From an archaeon (GTDB lineage: Archaea > Nanobdellota > Nanobdellia > Woesearchaeales > GW2011-AR15), in contig JAZDLQ010000017.1 of the NCBI GenBank assembly GCA_043801855.1, positions 90,625 through 154,624 of the forward strand: a stretch of 64,000 nt of DNA, written 5' to 3'. This document shows positions 38,522-50,500 of this stretch, in pieces. Numbering within the stretch: position 1 is the stretch's first letter; each line of letters begins with the position of its first letter. A model generated the notes under the pieces. The model did not search any database, had not been told where the DNA came from, and saw nothing but the letters and a program-made list of their open reading frames with translations. A program made the position numbers and the translations under genes.

Positions 38522-40936
38522 TTGGAAAACAGCCAAAAAATAAAGTTATTGGAAGTGTTTGGCAAGTCACTTACTAATATGTCTCCTCTTAATTTCCAGA
38601 ACCATATTGTAAATGGAAAAAATGACTTTTCAGCGTGGGTTCTTCGTTCAACCGGTGATGTTGAATTATCAAAAGTAATCGATTCATGCATAACAAAAGA
38701 AAGCACTATTGATGCTATTAATAAATCACTTGCTTTGCTACGCGATGGTCAAGTTGAGAAAACAGCTCTTCAAACTCAAGCTGCGGTTCCACAACAAAGT
38801 CCAATTCCTAATGAATCACCTGCAGTATTGCAGCAGCCTTCAGTTTCTATACCGCAGCAAGTAAATGTGCAAAAGGCAAAGCTCCTTGAAATATTTGTAA
38901 AGTCACTTACTAACATGAATGATACCGCATTTGCAAATCACATTACAAATGGAAAAAATGATTTTGGTGCCTGGGTAAATAGGTCAATTGCAGATAAAGC
39001 ACTTGCTGACTTAATAGAGCCAGTTACAGATAAAGTAGGAATAATTAATGCGCTAAACGTAAAAATAAATGAATACAGAAGAACACCAGAAATGCCTGCT
39101 ATCGCAATGAAGCCACAAAATGAAACTCCAATCGCACAGGTGTCTCCGGCATCTCCGCCAGAAATCAAACCACTGCAAGCACCAGCTCAACTCCAGCCAG
39201 AATCCGCCATACAAAAGCCGCAGCAAACACAGCCAATGCAGCCTCCAGTGCAGCCTCAGACAATTTTGCCGCTAAAAACAGAGCAGATAAGTAAGCCAAT
39301 TGTTCATGCTGCTAATGCTACGCAAACTACGCAATCTCAAACAGTAGGCATAGTAGCTCCTCCGGTTGCCCAGCCTTTGGAAAAGCCGACTATTTCACCA
39401 GTTGAAAAACCTAAATCCGATGATCGCAGAAATTATTATCTGCGTGAGCTTGCCCCTGATAAGTATTTCAGATTTGCAAACGGACAGATAATAAAATCAC
39501 TGCCTGAACTTCCGAGAATACTACTGCATATTGATGATAATATCTATTACAATCATGTAAATCAATACAAGAATGATTTTGCTGCATGGATATTTCATGC
39601 AATAGATGACAAAGAGCTTGCAGAGTCAATTGGAAATGTAAAAGATAAAATTACATTAATTGATAAGATTGCATCCAGGATTTCATCGTTAAAATATGAT
39701 GTTAATAAAATTGCAGGTAATGCAGAAAATCCTGCTTTGCAAATGCAAAAAGTGAATGGGGCTCAAAAGCCAATTGCTCAATCAGCCATTCCATCAACAG
39801 CTCCAATTGTCTCTACAGCAGTAAAATTTAGCCCCGAAGTTAATTTGAAAGATAAAGTCCATGAGGATGTTGCGAAAAAAGAGGAATTATCGCCAAAAGA
39901 TTTATTTTACAGGCTTAAAGCGCAAAAAGAAGGAAAACCTGCAAGCGCATCTTTGCAGGATACAGCAGTTTCAGCGCATCTATCTCAAGGGAAAGCTGAT
40001 GAGATTTCTGCAAAAGATTTATTCAATAAATTAAAAGCGCAAAAAGAGGGAAAGCTAGTTGACAGCAAGATAGTTGACAGTGGCAAGCCTGTTCTTGATA
40101 TTCTTTCAATGGAAGTAAGTGAGATACTTAAGCACCTGAAATTGTTTGATGCTAATTCAAAGTATAGCGCAAAAGAAGAAGTTGTTATAACAGAAAAAAC
40201 AGCTAAAAAAAGAATATTTACAGGTGTTTCCGGTTTTGATGAGATGATATCAAATGGCATTCCTTGCGGCAACTGCATTTTGTTAAGCGGAGGCCCGGGA
40301 AGCGGAAAAACTACTTTTACTATCCAGATGATGGGATGGGCTGCTGAAAGAGGAGAAAAATGCCTATTTATGACATTTGAGGAGTCAGAAGAAAATCTTA
40401 TTATGCACATGGAAGAATATGGCCTTAACCCACGGAAATACATTGAAGATGGGACACTCATGATTGTAAGGAAAGACCCATTTAAGATTTCAAGAAAAGT
40501 AGAAGCTCTTCTTGCGCATGCAAGAGGAGAACTTATGATTAATATTGATGATGTTATTGATATAATCCCAAAAGGGTTTAATCCTGACAGGGTAATAATT
40601 GATTCGCTTTCAGCAATCTCAGCTGCATTTTCTGACTCAAGTACCGCATATAGGGTGTATGTAACCCAGCTGATTGACATCCTTCAAAAAACCGGTGCGA
40701 CATCATTCCTGATTACAGAAGTCCAGGGTATCGAGAACATAGGGCATGGGCTGGTTGAAGAGTTCCTGGCTGATGGAGTGATTGTCTTTTACAATCTTCA
40801 GAAGGGAAACATAAAGCAAAGCGCTCTTGAAATACTTAAGATGAGAGCGACAAGCCACGAAAAGAAGATTGTCCCATTCGAGTTTGTTTCAGGAAGGGGC
40901 TTGGTTGTTTATCCTCTTGAAAAAATATTTATGTAA
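38522..40936 (+). CDS. KaiC/RAD55-like ATPase with three N-terminal DUF5752-like domains and a Pro/Gln linker
   Basis: GGPGSGKT, FEE, VIIDS, EEFLADG, KMR; three H-x4-KNDFxAW repeats. Confidence 0.85.
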   Translation: MENSQKIKLLEVFGKSLTNMSPLNFQNHIVNGKNDFSAWVLRSTGDVELSKVIDSCITKESTIDAINKSLALLRDGQVEKTALQTQAAVPQQSPIPNESPAVLQQPSVSIPQQVNVQKAKLLEIFVKSLTNMNDTAFANHITNGKNDFGAWVNRSIADKALADLIEPVTDKVGIINALNVKINEYRRTPEMPAIAMKPQNETPIAQVSPASPPEIKPLQAPAQLQPESAIQKPQQTQPMQPPVQPQTILPLKTEQISKPIVHAANATQTTQSQTVGIVAPPVAQPLEKPTISPVEKPKSDDRRNYYLRELAPDKYFRFANGQIIKSLPELPRILLHIDDNIYYNHVNQYKNDFAAWIFHAIDDKELAESIGNVKDKITLIDKIASRISSLKYDVNKIAGNAENPALQMQKVNGAQKPIAQSAIPSTAPIVSTAVKFSPEVNLKDKVHEDVAKKEELSPKDLFYRLKAQKEGKPASASLQDTAVSAHLSQGKADEISAKDLFNKLKAQKEGKLVDSKIVDSGKPVLDILSMEVSEILKHLKLFDANSKYSAKEEVVITEKTAKKRIFTGVSGFDEMISNGIPCGNCILLSGGPGSGKTTFTIQMMGWAAERGEKCLFMTFEESEENLIMHMEEYGLNPRKYIEDGTLMIVRKDPFKISRKVEALLAHARGELMINIDDVIDIIPKGFNPDRVIIDSLSAISAAFSDSSTAYRVYVTQLIDILQKTGATSFLITEVQGIENIGHGLVEEFLADGVIVFYNLQKGNIKQSALEILKMRATSHEKKIVPFEFVSGRGLVVYPLEKIFM

Positions 40937-40953
40937 ACTATATAAACTTTAAA

Positions 40954-42375
40954 ATGAGACAAACAAAATTACTTGGATTGCTGGTTTTATTCCTAATTAT
41001 ATTGCAGTCTGCGCTGGCAGAAAATATAACAAAAGAAAAGGCTGAGAGCCTGCAGGCCTATTTTGAAAAAAACGTTACAAGGTTAGTGAAAGCAGGTTAT
41101 CCTGCTGAACAATTTTCTGACACAGTTGTTGAATCTTCACTTTTGTTTTCAAAAGCGGATTATGCACAGCAGATAGCGCTCATTGAAAAAACCGAAAAAG
41201 ACATCTCAGAAATGGTATATCTTGGCAATTTCATTAATCAGACGGCTATTTTGCTAATGGAAGCAAGCGTTAGAAAAATCAATATTGAGGATTTACAGCT
41301 TGCTTATAATGCAGGAATAATAGAATACAGCAGAGGAAATTTTAAGGGAGCGAAAGAGCCTCTTGTAAAAACCCAGTCTGATGTATTGGCTTTGCTTGAA
41401 AATGAATCTATAATGGTGCTTGAAAGCCTAAATCATTTCATTATAAGCATGGAAGAAAGCGGAATTTCATGTGAGATTCTGAACAGCTCGCTTAAAGATG
41501 CAACAGACGCGGCAAAAGAAAAAAACTATGCAAAAATATTCGTATTGTCAAGCAAATTCGGAAATATTAACCAATCAATTAGCCTAATTGCTGACCTGAA
41601 AAACAGGTCGCTTGCGCTAAAAGATGCCAACCTAAATGTAGCTAGGATAAATGATCTCATTATTGAAGCTGAAACGAAGCTAAGCTCTGGGAATTATCAA
41701 ACTGTGTTATTGATATATAATACGAGTGTTTTACAAATCAATAATATCTACGAATTGCAAAAAGAAATAAATAATACAAAACAAAAGTTAAGCTCAGGTG
41801 ATTTGAAAAACATTGATTTATTGCAGGCAGAATTCTATTTAAACCAGAGCATTGCAGAGTTTGAGCTTGAAAATTATGAAAAGGCAAAGCAGCACCTAAA
41901 TTCATCAAACAGGATGATTGAAGAGCTAACCCAAAAATATTTTTTTACAAGAGTTTTAAATAGTGCAAATGAAAGATTTAACTCTGTTTCTTTTTTTAAA
42001 AAATACTATTTGCAAATGCTATTTTTTTGCGCATTTAGCGCTTTATTTTTTTATGTTTCAACACAATTTGTGAGCTTCTTCATGGCGAAAGGAAAACTAG
42101 CGCTGCTTAAAAAAGAAAACAATGTAGTGAATGATATGATGGTTAAGCTCCAGGAAGACTACTTTAAGGATGCGGTAATCGATAAGGACACATACCTTGA
42201 CAAGTTTCATGAGCTTGAGAAGAGAAGAGCGCATATCGAAGAAGAAGTTCCAAGGCTTGAAGAGTATATTATGGAAAAAGAATCAAAATTCAATTCTTTA
42301 AAAATAATAACTGCAAAAAAAAGCGCCGATAAGAAAAAGGACGGAAAAAATAGTTCTAAAAAAATTATCATATAA
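40954..42375 (+). CDS. Secreted helical protein with TM anchor and cytoplasmic coiled-coil tail
   Basis: Signal peptide, helical ectodomain, TM, LQEDYF..I...Y tail like that of ORF 1-3657. Confidence 0.65.
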   Translation: MRQTKLLGLLVLFLIILQSALAENITKEKAESLQAYFEKNVTRLVKAGYPAEQFSDTVVESSLLFSKADYAQQIALIEKTEKDISEMVYLGNFINQTAILLMEASVRKINIEDLQLAYNAGIIEYSRGNFKGAKEPLVKTQSDVLALLENESIMVLESLNHFIISMEESGISCEILNSSLKDATDAAKEKNYAKIFVLSSKFGNINQSISLIADLKNRSLALKDANLNVARINDLIIEAETKLSSGNYQTVLLIYNTSVLQINNIYELQKEINNTKQKLSSGDLKNIDLLQAEFYLNQSIAEFELENYEKAKQHLNSSNRMIEELTQKYFFTRVLNSANERFNSVSFFKKYYLQMLFFCAFSALFFYVSTQFVSFFMAKGKLALLKKENNVVNDMMVKLQEDYFKDAVIDKDTYLDKFHELEKRRAHIEEEVPRLEEYIMEKESKFNSLKIITAKKSADKKKDGKNSSKKIII

Positions 42376-42376
42376 G

Positions 42377-44515
42377 ATGAAAAATTACAACAATATGAAA
42401 AAAAAAAAAACTATTTTTTTTTATTGCTTAATTTTATTAGCAGAAGCTACGCTAATATTTGGGACTGAATGCGAACATAAGCCTATTATTGATATGCCAT
42501 CTTATCTTACAATGTATGAAGGAAAAGGTTATTACGATAAGATAAATCTTGAAAACAATTTATCACCAGTTTTTTTTTCATGGGCGCCGATTAATTCAAC
42601 ACTTATTGGGTTTAATGTTAATGAGACAACTGGAGTTATTAATTTTACTCCAAAAAATACTGAAATTGGATTGCATAAAATTATTATTATTGCAGTAGAC
42701 AATAATGACTGCGCAGGAACAGAATTAGTCAATATAAGAGTTTTAGGAAAGCCAATAATTACTGATTTTTTTCCAACAAGTAAGAAACTTTTTGTTAATG
42801 AGGGCTCATTTATTGCATTTTATGTAAATACCTCGCATGATTCGACCAAAAATAACCTGTTTTCTTATACCTGGTATGCAGATAGTTTGTTGATTTCAAA
42901 AAATCAAAAATACACTTATTTTCCAAACTTCTCAAATTCAGGAGAGCATATTATTAAAGCTGTAATAAAAGACACCAATGATCTAAACACGAGTATTGAA
43001 TGGGAAGTGGTTGTGAGAAATGTGAACCTCGCTCCTTATTTAAAGGCAAACCTGCCAAATATCATATTAAGTCCAAACCAGAAAATTGCACTGTACAATC
43101 TTAATGATTATTTTGCTGATGATGGTGCTTTTTTTTTAGATTATTACCCTTTTTTTATCAAGGGAAGTGAAGTAACAAATATATCTCCTTTTTTTGACAT
43201 TAATATTAGTGAATATGGTGAAACGACTTTTGCATCAAAAACAAGCATACTATTTAAGGAAAGGGCAATGATTATTGCTTTTGATAGAGATGGAAAAAAC
43301 AAGTCAAGCAATATTTTTGAAATTAGCATAGCATATAATTCAACAGCGACAAAGCCTTATCAGGAATCTAAAAAAGAAGAATGCATCGCTAAAATCGTAT
43401 GCGCCGAATGGTCTTTGTGCCTTCCGACAGGGATAATGGTGAGGGATTGTCTTGATTCTAATAATTGCAATAAGGAAAACGAGACCGTCACTGAAAGCAA
43501 GGCCTGTGAATATAATGCAAGTTGCCTTGATAATATAAAAAACCAGGATGAAATAGGAGTTGATTGCGGAGGAATATGCCCTCCATGCGCTACTTGCTTT
43601 GATGAATTTCAAAATCAGGGCGAGGATGGGGTTGATTGCGGTGGTCCATGTAAACCCTGTCCAAGTTGCAATGACTTATTAAAAAATCAGGATGAGACAG
43701 ATATTGATTGCGGAGGAAATATCTGCATGCCATGCGAGCCTGGCAAGATGTGCTTATCTCATATGGATTGCATAAGCGAAAATTGTGTAAATGAGTCATG
43801 TGCTAGGCCTACTTGCATTGATAATATAATAAATCAAAATGAAACATGGATTGATTGCGGCGGCGAATGTAAGCAGTGCATCACTTGTGTTGACAAAATA
43901 CAGAATCAGGGCGAAACAGGCATTGACTGCGGTGGTCCATGTGGTCCATGTGAAACTTGTTTTGACGGAATAAAAAACCAAAGGGAATCAGAAGTTGATT
44001 GTGGAGGCAGTTGTAAAAAATGTACGGCAAAATTTGCTGTATCCCCTATTGCATTGTCTATTTTGATTGTATTTTTATTGATAGCAGCATCATTGTTTAT
44101 AACATATAAAATTTCCAATATTTTTTTTTTATCAACTCTAAATGAAAAATTATTTTTTTTCATGAAGACGAACAACAGCGAAAATGAACATAAAGCAGAG
44201 CAGACTGTTTCTGAACTATCTGCTTTAAAATCAAGCCAAGCGACGTATGGGAAGGATAAGCAATCAACAGAGCAATACAATAAAGTTATGCAGACCTTTT
44301 TTAAAAATGTATTTTTGCTTGATGAAAAAGACAGTATAGACTATTTTAAAAAAATTTTAAACTTAAAAGTTAAGAATCCCATAACACAAAAAATACTAAT
44401 TTTTCTTTACAAAGAAATGCATAAAAATGAAATGGAATTTTTTTACTCTCTTGAATTAAGCAGCAAGATAGATGACACAATTAAACTGATTAATCAAATA
44501 AAAAAATACATATAA
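42377..44515 (+). CDS. Membrane-anchored surface protein with Ig/cadherin-like domains and Cys-rich DCGG repeats
   Basis: Six C.D..KNQ.E..(V/I)DCGG.C..C repeats, TM helix; A13 tract in the signal peptide. Confidence 0.75.
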   Translation: MKNYNNMKKKKTIFFYCLILLAEATLIFGTECEHKPIIDMPSYLTMYEGKGYYDKINLENNLSPVFFSWAPINSTLIGFNVNETTGVINFTPKNTEIGLHKIIIIAVDNNDCAGTELVNIRVLGKPIITDFFPTSKKLFVNEGSFIAFYVNTSHDSTKNNLFSYTWYADSLLISKNQKYTYFPNFSNSGEHIIKAVIKDTNDLNTSIEWEVVVRNVNLAPYLKANLPNIILSPNQKIALYNLNDYFADDGAFFLDYYPFFIKGSEVTNISPFFDINISEYGETTFASKTSILFKERAMIIAFDRDGKNKSSNIFEISIAYNSTATKPYQESKKEECIAKIVCAEWSLCLPTGIMVRDCLDSNNCNKENETVTESKACEYNASCLDNIKNQDEIGVDCGGICPPCATCFDEFQNQGEDGVDCGGPCKPCPSCNDLLKNQDETDIDCGGNICMPCEPGKMCLSHMDCISENCVNESCARPTCIDNIINQNETWIDCGGECKQCITCVDKIQNQGETGIDCGGPCGPCETCFDGIKNQRESEVDCGGSCKKCTAKFAVSPIALSILIVFLLIAASLFITYKISNIFFLSTLNEKLFFFMKTNNSENEHKAEQTVSELSALKSSQATYGKDKQSTEQYNKVMQTFFKNVFLLDEKDSIDYFKKILNLKVKNPITQKILIFLYKEMHKNEMEFFYSLELSSKIDDTIKLINQIKKYI

Positions 44516-44517
44516 GA

Positions 44518-47500
44518 ATGAATCAAAAAAATTATCTAATATTTTACTTGCTTTTTCTATTTATAAGTATATCCTTTGCTCATGCAAATAATAGTTTTTT
44601 TCAAACTGATAAAGAAAGCTATTTTGTAGGTGAAATTGTTCATATTAATATAACAGGAATAAGCGATAATTATGAACTTACAATACATGAAGCAGGGAAT
44701 GTTTATAAATTTCTTGGTGGAATCGGAAGTGTTGTTTCTTTCATACCTAAACAGATTGGAATTTACACAGTTGTTCTTACAAAGGCAGATACTGTTCTTC
44801 AAGAAACAAACTTTGTTGTCGTTGGTAAACCTGCAAAAGAAAATAAGACCGGGCAAATAATTTCTAATTATGTTGAATTGCTGCCTGCGCCAGTAAGTTT
44901 TAACCTATCTTCAGATAAAAAAGAATACTTGTTGGGAGAACCAGTATTTATTGATATTGATGGAGAAATAAGTGATGCTAGCTTATTGATAAAATCTGAT
45001 AAAAATTCTTATTCTTATGTTGGAAGGCTAATTTCACCAATAAAATTTATACCAAAAGACGCTGGCAATTATTCTGTGGTTCTTCTTGATAAAAATTCAA
45101 TTAGTCTGATGCAGATTAGTTTTATTGTTACAGACACTCTTTCGGCTTTGCCATCTGATGAACTGAATATTACTCCAATAAAGGAAAATATATCAGACAA
45201 TGCTTTGCAGGATAATTTTTCATTTAAGAATTTTATAGATATATCTGATATTCCTTCTCAAATGGCTGAAAATGATTTATTATACAATATGACAGATGCT
45301 GAGCAATTTCAGGAGGACAAGTATATTTATAATAAGTCCGTTTTTGTTGAATTAAGCCAGAAGAATTTTAATGTCAAGGATAGAAATGGTAATATTATTA
45401 GCACTACTATTAATTTCGAATCGCGATTTCTAAATAGGAGCTTTGGATTTACTGACAGGATTAACCCTGGAAAGTATTCTGTTGAAATGAATCTGGATAA
45501 TTCACTTGGAGCAAAAAGGATAAACCTTGAGGGCTTGAATTTTACAGGCAATTTTTCAATTATTCTAAGTGATGCAAAAGTAAAAAGCATCAATGGCAAA
45601 AAAGCGCTGGATTCAATAATTATTGACGGAAAAAATGAAGCTTTTGAATCTGGATATACAACTGTTGCTGCGAAAGGATCTCAAGTTTTGCAATGCACAA
45701 ATATAGATGAAGCATCAGGCTCATGTATTGGTGATTGGGAAAAAGTAAGAGACATCTGGCCAGGCATGGAGTATAAGCTTCCAGTTACAAATGCACCTGT
45801 TATTTATGCTGAGATTGGAGTTGCAGCAATCAATTCAATCAAGCCAATATATAAAGTAAATGAAACTGCAGAACTTTTGATTGCAGTTCTTGATATTGAC
45901 GGATATCCTGCAAATGCAGATATTACATTAACTATTACAAATCCGGCAGGCGCAGCGCAATCATTTACAAATGGATTCATTAATGAAAAAAAAGGGGTAT
46001 ATTCTTTTACATATTCTGATACATTTGAAGAAGGCGAATATCAGATTGAGGTTTTTGCAACAGGGCAAAATGTCAGGAGCAACTTAAGTTCAACATTTAC
46101 TATAAAAAACGATTATCCCTTTGATATATTTAGAGAAACACAGATATCAATCGATCCATTTAGCGGCCCAACAAGTTCAAAAATTAAAATAGTGTCAAAT
46201 AGTTATGAAGATTTTTTTACCTTAATTGAGTATGTGCCAAATGAGTTTGCAATAACAAATAATGGTGGCGCAATAATTACTAATGATAGCGATAAAACAA
46301 TACTTACATGGCACAATTTAATGAATAACAGTGCTGTTGAATATTCTTACCAGGCTCCGCTTACAACACCCTATCTTTATTATCTTGGGCAAGCAAGGAT
46401 AAATTATGGCAATTCTTTTTTTATAGAAGCAAGGCCATGGTATGTGGCAGCTGATCCGCAAAGTAAGTATGGGTATTTTGTCTACAAAGATACAACAAAT
46501 GCAGGATATGTTAAATATAGGGTTTGGAATAGCTCTGATAATACTGTTGGCGCTGAAGTAAGCGGAGCTAATATAGTTGGTGTTCCAGTATGGCAGAAAT
46601 TTGTGTGCCTTGAAAATAGGCCTGAGTGCCTTTTACTTTCAAAGTTTTCAAATACAAGCCTTTATTTTAGCATTTTTTACGAGAAAAATCTATCCTGGTC
46701 AGATCCGATTTTTTTATCAAACACTGACGATGATTATATCCAATTTGATATAGGGTGTGAGGGATTATCCGGAGACTGCCTCATCGCCTATGAGACATCA
46801 ACTGCCGGAAACAACCAGTTTGATTATAGGATTTATAATGGGACATCAGGTGTTTTATCTGGCGCAGCGACAATAACAGTCACTGCAGCAACTGCTAATG
46901 CATTTAGGTTCATCAATATGTATCCAAAATACAATTCCAACAATATCGCAATAGTCCTTCAAAACCAGCTTGGTACAGGCGGTGAATATGAAGCTGCGAT
47001 CTGGAATGGGACAGCATTTGACAAGTGGCAGGAATTATACAATGATAATCCTGATATAACAAGATCAACAAGCAGCTGCGCATGGGAAGGCGCAAGCGGA
47101 CAATTGATTTGCTTTTACGGAAGGGATGCAGCAGACGGAATGTGGGCATGGCAGTTTGACAGCTCGTCATGGAGTGATTTAGGAGAGGTATGGACTGCTC
47201 TAGACCTTGGCGCTGAAGCCTTTCAGATAGATACATGCGCAGAGACTCCGCAGACTGGTGATTTATCCCATGATTATATTGTAGTTATATCAGCTGACGG
47301 AGATTCAGATAGGGACGGAACTTATTGGAATGGTACGGCGCTTAGATATGACATTGCTCCTGCTCAGGATGGCTCAACAAACAGAGGCTTTGACTCTACT
47401 GCTGCCTGCAGTTGGGAGCATGACGGAAATTTAGCTGTTGTAGTGTGGGTTGACAGCGGCGCAATAATTCCTGAATGGGGAACTTTTGACTATGCATCCG

Positions 47501-50500
47501 GAACATTCAGCCACGCTAACTGGGCGACAGGCTCAACAATTGGGATGTCAAATTTTGTAAGAAGTGTTTTTTCAATAAAATTATCATTAAGTTCAGTAAG
47601 TGACCAGATGCTACTTATCGGCTCAAGCACAACTGGCGGAGCTGCAACTCCATCAATAGTTAATGCATCAAGATGGTCTGGCTCATCTTTTGATGGCACA
47701 GGAATAGTTACACTTGATACAACAGGTGCAACCGATACAACAGGAAACAGGGAATATTTTGGCTATACTGCAGTTGACTGGAGCAGGTTCATTGACTTAA
47801 ATACGCCAAATATTACTCTAATTAACCCAGGAAACGATTCTGTATCAAAAAACATTTCATATAACTTTACATGGAATGCAACTGATGACTGGGAACCAAG
47901 GCTTATATGCAATATTACTATTGATGATAGGGTAAATACAACTGACATAATATCTATTAATGGAAATTATTCAAATTTTTCAATAAATGATTTACAGCCA
48001 GGCGAGCATAATTGGAGCGTTAAGTGCACTGATGATTTTGGGTTTGGATTATCTGAAATGTTTAATTTTGTAGTTGCAGGCCTTCCTGATATTTATATTA
48101 ACTCAGTAGGCGGAGATACAACAGAAACTTTTTCTTTTTCTGATCAAACTCCAATAATAAATGCGCATATTCACCTGAATTCAACATGCTATTTGAGTAC
48201 TGTTGATGAAAGCTACGCTGACATGGTTTCAAATGGAAGAGTAAATTGCGGGTTTTACGAAAGAAACGTTGCAAAAGATTGCGAATACACAGAATCGCTA
48301 ACAATTGGCAATGGCAATTTGTATATGGCATGCAATTCAACATATGGTGATGAGCACACATCGTCTAACAACAAAAACATAGCAATAGATGTTCTTTGCG
48401 ATTCGCATGCAGATTGCTCCTTGACAAACCAATATTGCGATTATAATTTTGATTGTACATCAGATATTCTTCCTGGATTTAAATGTGCTAACCTTTCTTT
48501 TAATAATAATCCTGATGATGAAGTATGCGCAACTGGTGCTGGTGCCTCTGCAAAATGTGTAAGCGATGCATCTTTTAGTTTTACAGACTGGTATTGCACA
48601 TCAGATTCTGACGACTGCGTATATAATAATGGTGGTAATTCTTATGATTTAAATTATCGGCTTTGTATTCCGGCAACCAATAATTTCAGGCAATGCTCTG
48701 CAAATAATCTTTGGGGAAATATTAATTATTGTTTTAATCAGTATGATCCTGCTAATCAAAGCGCAACAGCATCAACACATGTTGGTTACAACTGCAGTTA
48801 TTACGCAGATTCACAGACCTGTTCAAGCGGTGACTTTGACCTTGGCAGCTACGGATGCAGCGGAGAGCCAACAGATTGTGGAAGCTATGTTTATGTTTCA
48901 GCAGGGTCATGTGGCAGCGCTCTAGCTGACTGCGATTTTGGCTGCGAAGCAGATTGCGATATTGATAATTCAACAATGCCAGCTATTGTTGATGATGTTT
49001 GCTATTACAATAAGGCATGCAGCGATGTATGCACTTGGTTGCAAAACGATGAAATTGCACCTCTTTTCTGCATAAATGATTATGATGGAGGAGAATGCGC
49101 TAATTTTGATCGCCAAAGGCCAACCTATAATGAAACGTGTTATTGGAGTCCAACATGCCATAATTCATTTGGGGCAAACATGACTCAGGAGGGAATATTA
49201 CGAGAAGACTATTGCGACTTTTGCAACGCAACCGGAAACCAGATTGGAGATTACTCACCTCTCCCGAATTCAAGTTGCCTTTCGTTTTGCCCGGACAGCG
49301 GCATCATCTATTATGATTCAGAAGGCACCCCTGCTGAAAGGAGGGACGACTGTGCTAATGGGACAACAAAAATATTTACAGATACTCTATCAATAGGAGA
49401 TATATGGGATGGCTCAAACCCTGCAATTTGCAACAATGCAGAGTGCGAGATTGACTGCGGAGAATACTTAAACGGAACATGCAATGTTGGTGTATGCAGC
49501 TGCTATGATACAGAGCCACCTTTTATTGAAATATCCTATCCGCAAAACAATACATGGCTAAATACAAATGTAGTTATTTTTGTATACAATGTTACAGATC
49601 TTGGAACAAACGTGTCCAACTGCTCGCTTGTAATTAACGGGACAGTGCGAAATGTAAGCACCGTTATTTTTGAAGGAGATTATATTAATTTTTCAAGGGA
49701 ATTTTCCAATGAGTCTTTAAGGTGGCACATTAACTGCTCTGATAATTCCAGTAACACAGCAATATCTGAAGAAAGGAATAATGGAGTTGACACAACTAAA
49801 CCCATTGTAATTAATGCATCAACACAAGGCTCAGTTTTTGATGTCAATGAGCAGATATGCCTAAACGTTACTGCAAACGATACTTTTTCAGGAATTGACG
49901 TGATTTATGCAAATATTTACAGGCCAGGCCAGGGTGAAGCTAATTTTACGCTTTACGATAATGCAGCAACATCTTGCGATCCAGTCATTGGAGATGGAAT
50001 ATATTCACTTGAATATAACCTGCAGTATGCTGGAAGGTATAACTGGACATATGCATTTGCAATTGATAATGCAGGCAATGAAAATTATCTGGCAGTTTCA
50101 TACTCATGGCTTACAAATGCAGGCGGCAACATGACAGTAAACATGACAAGACCAACTCAAAATATTGTGGTCAACGAATCTTTAAATGATATAAACCAAT
50201 CATACATCCAGTCGTGTAATGTAACTTGTTTATCCGGAGAAGAAAACTGCCGTATTGTGAATTTAAGCGTACAGTATGAAAAAGACAGCTCATGGATTGA
50301 TATTTCAAGAACAACTGAAGATTTTTTTGTTGATGAAAATAAATTCTCATGCGGCAATTTGACATCAGTAAATGCCTCTTGGTGGAATTCAGGATATTCT
50401 TATAGAAAGCCAATAATAATTTCGACAAGAGACTATATTCCAAAAAATTACACTATAAGCATAACTGAAGATACAACAGCAATCAGCGTGCTTGGGAGCG

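Noticed and set aside
38540-39060. DGR template/variable repeat pair in the duplicated DUF5752-like segments
   Set aside because: Differences are not confined to adenines; ordinary intragenic domain duplication
39985-40680. 231-aa antisense ORF and the other shadow ORFs in the track
   Set aside because: Fully overlap well-supported genes and show no recognisable motifs
38522-40936. Circadian clock KaiC
   Set aside because: Single ATPase domain; no kaiA or kaiB in the window
43520-44030. CRISPR-like or DGR-like nucleotide repeats (gattgcgg...)
   Set aside because: They encode in-frame DCGG protein repeats; no reverse transcriptase or adenine-specific TR/VR pattern seen
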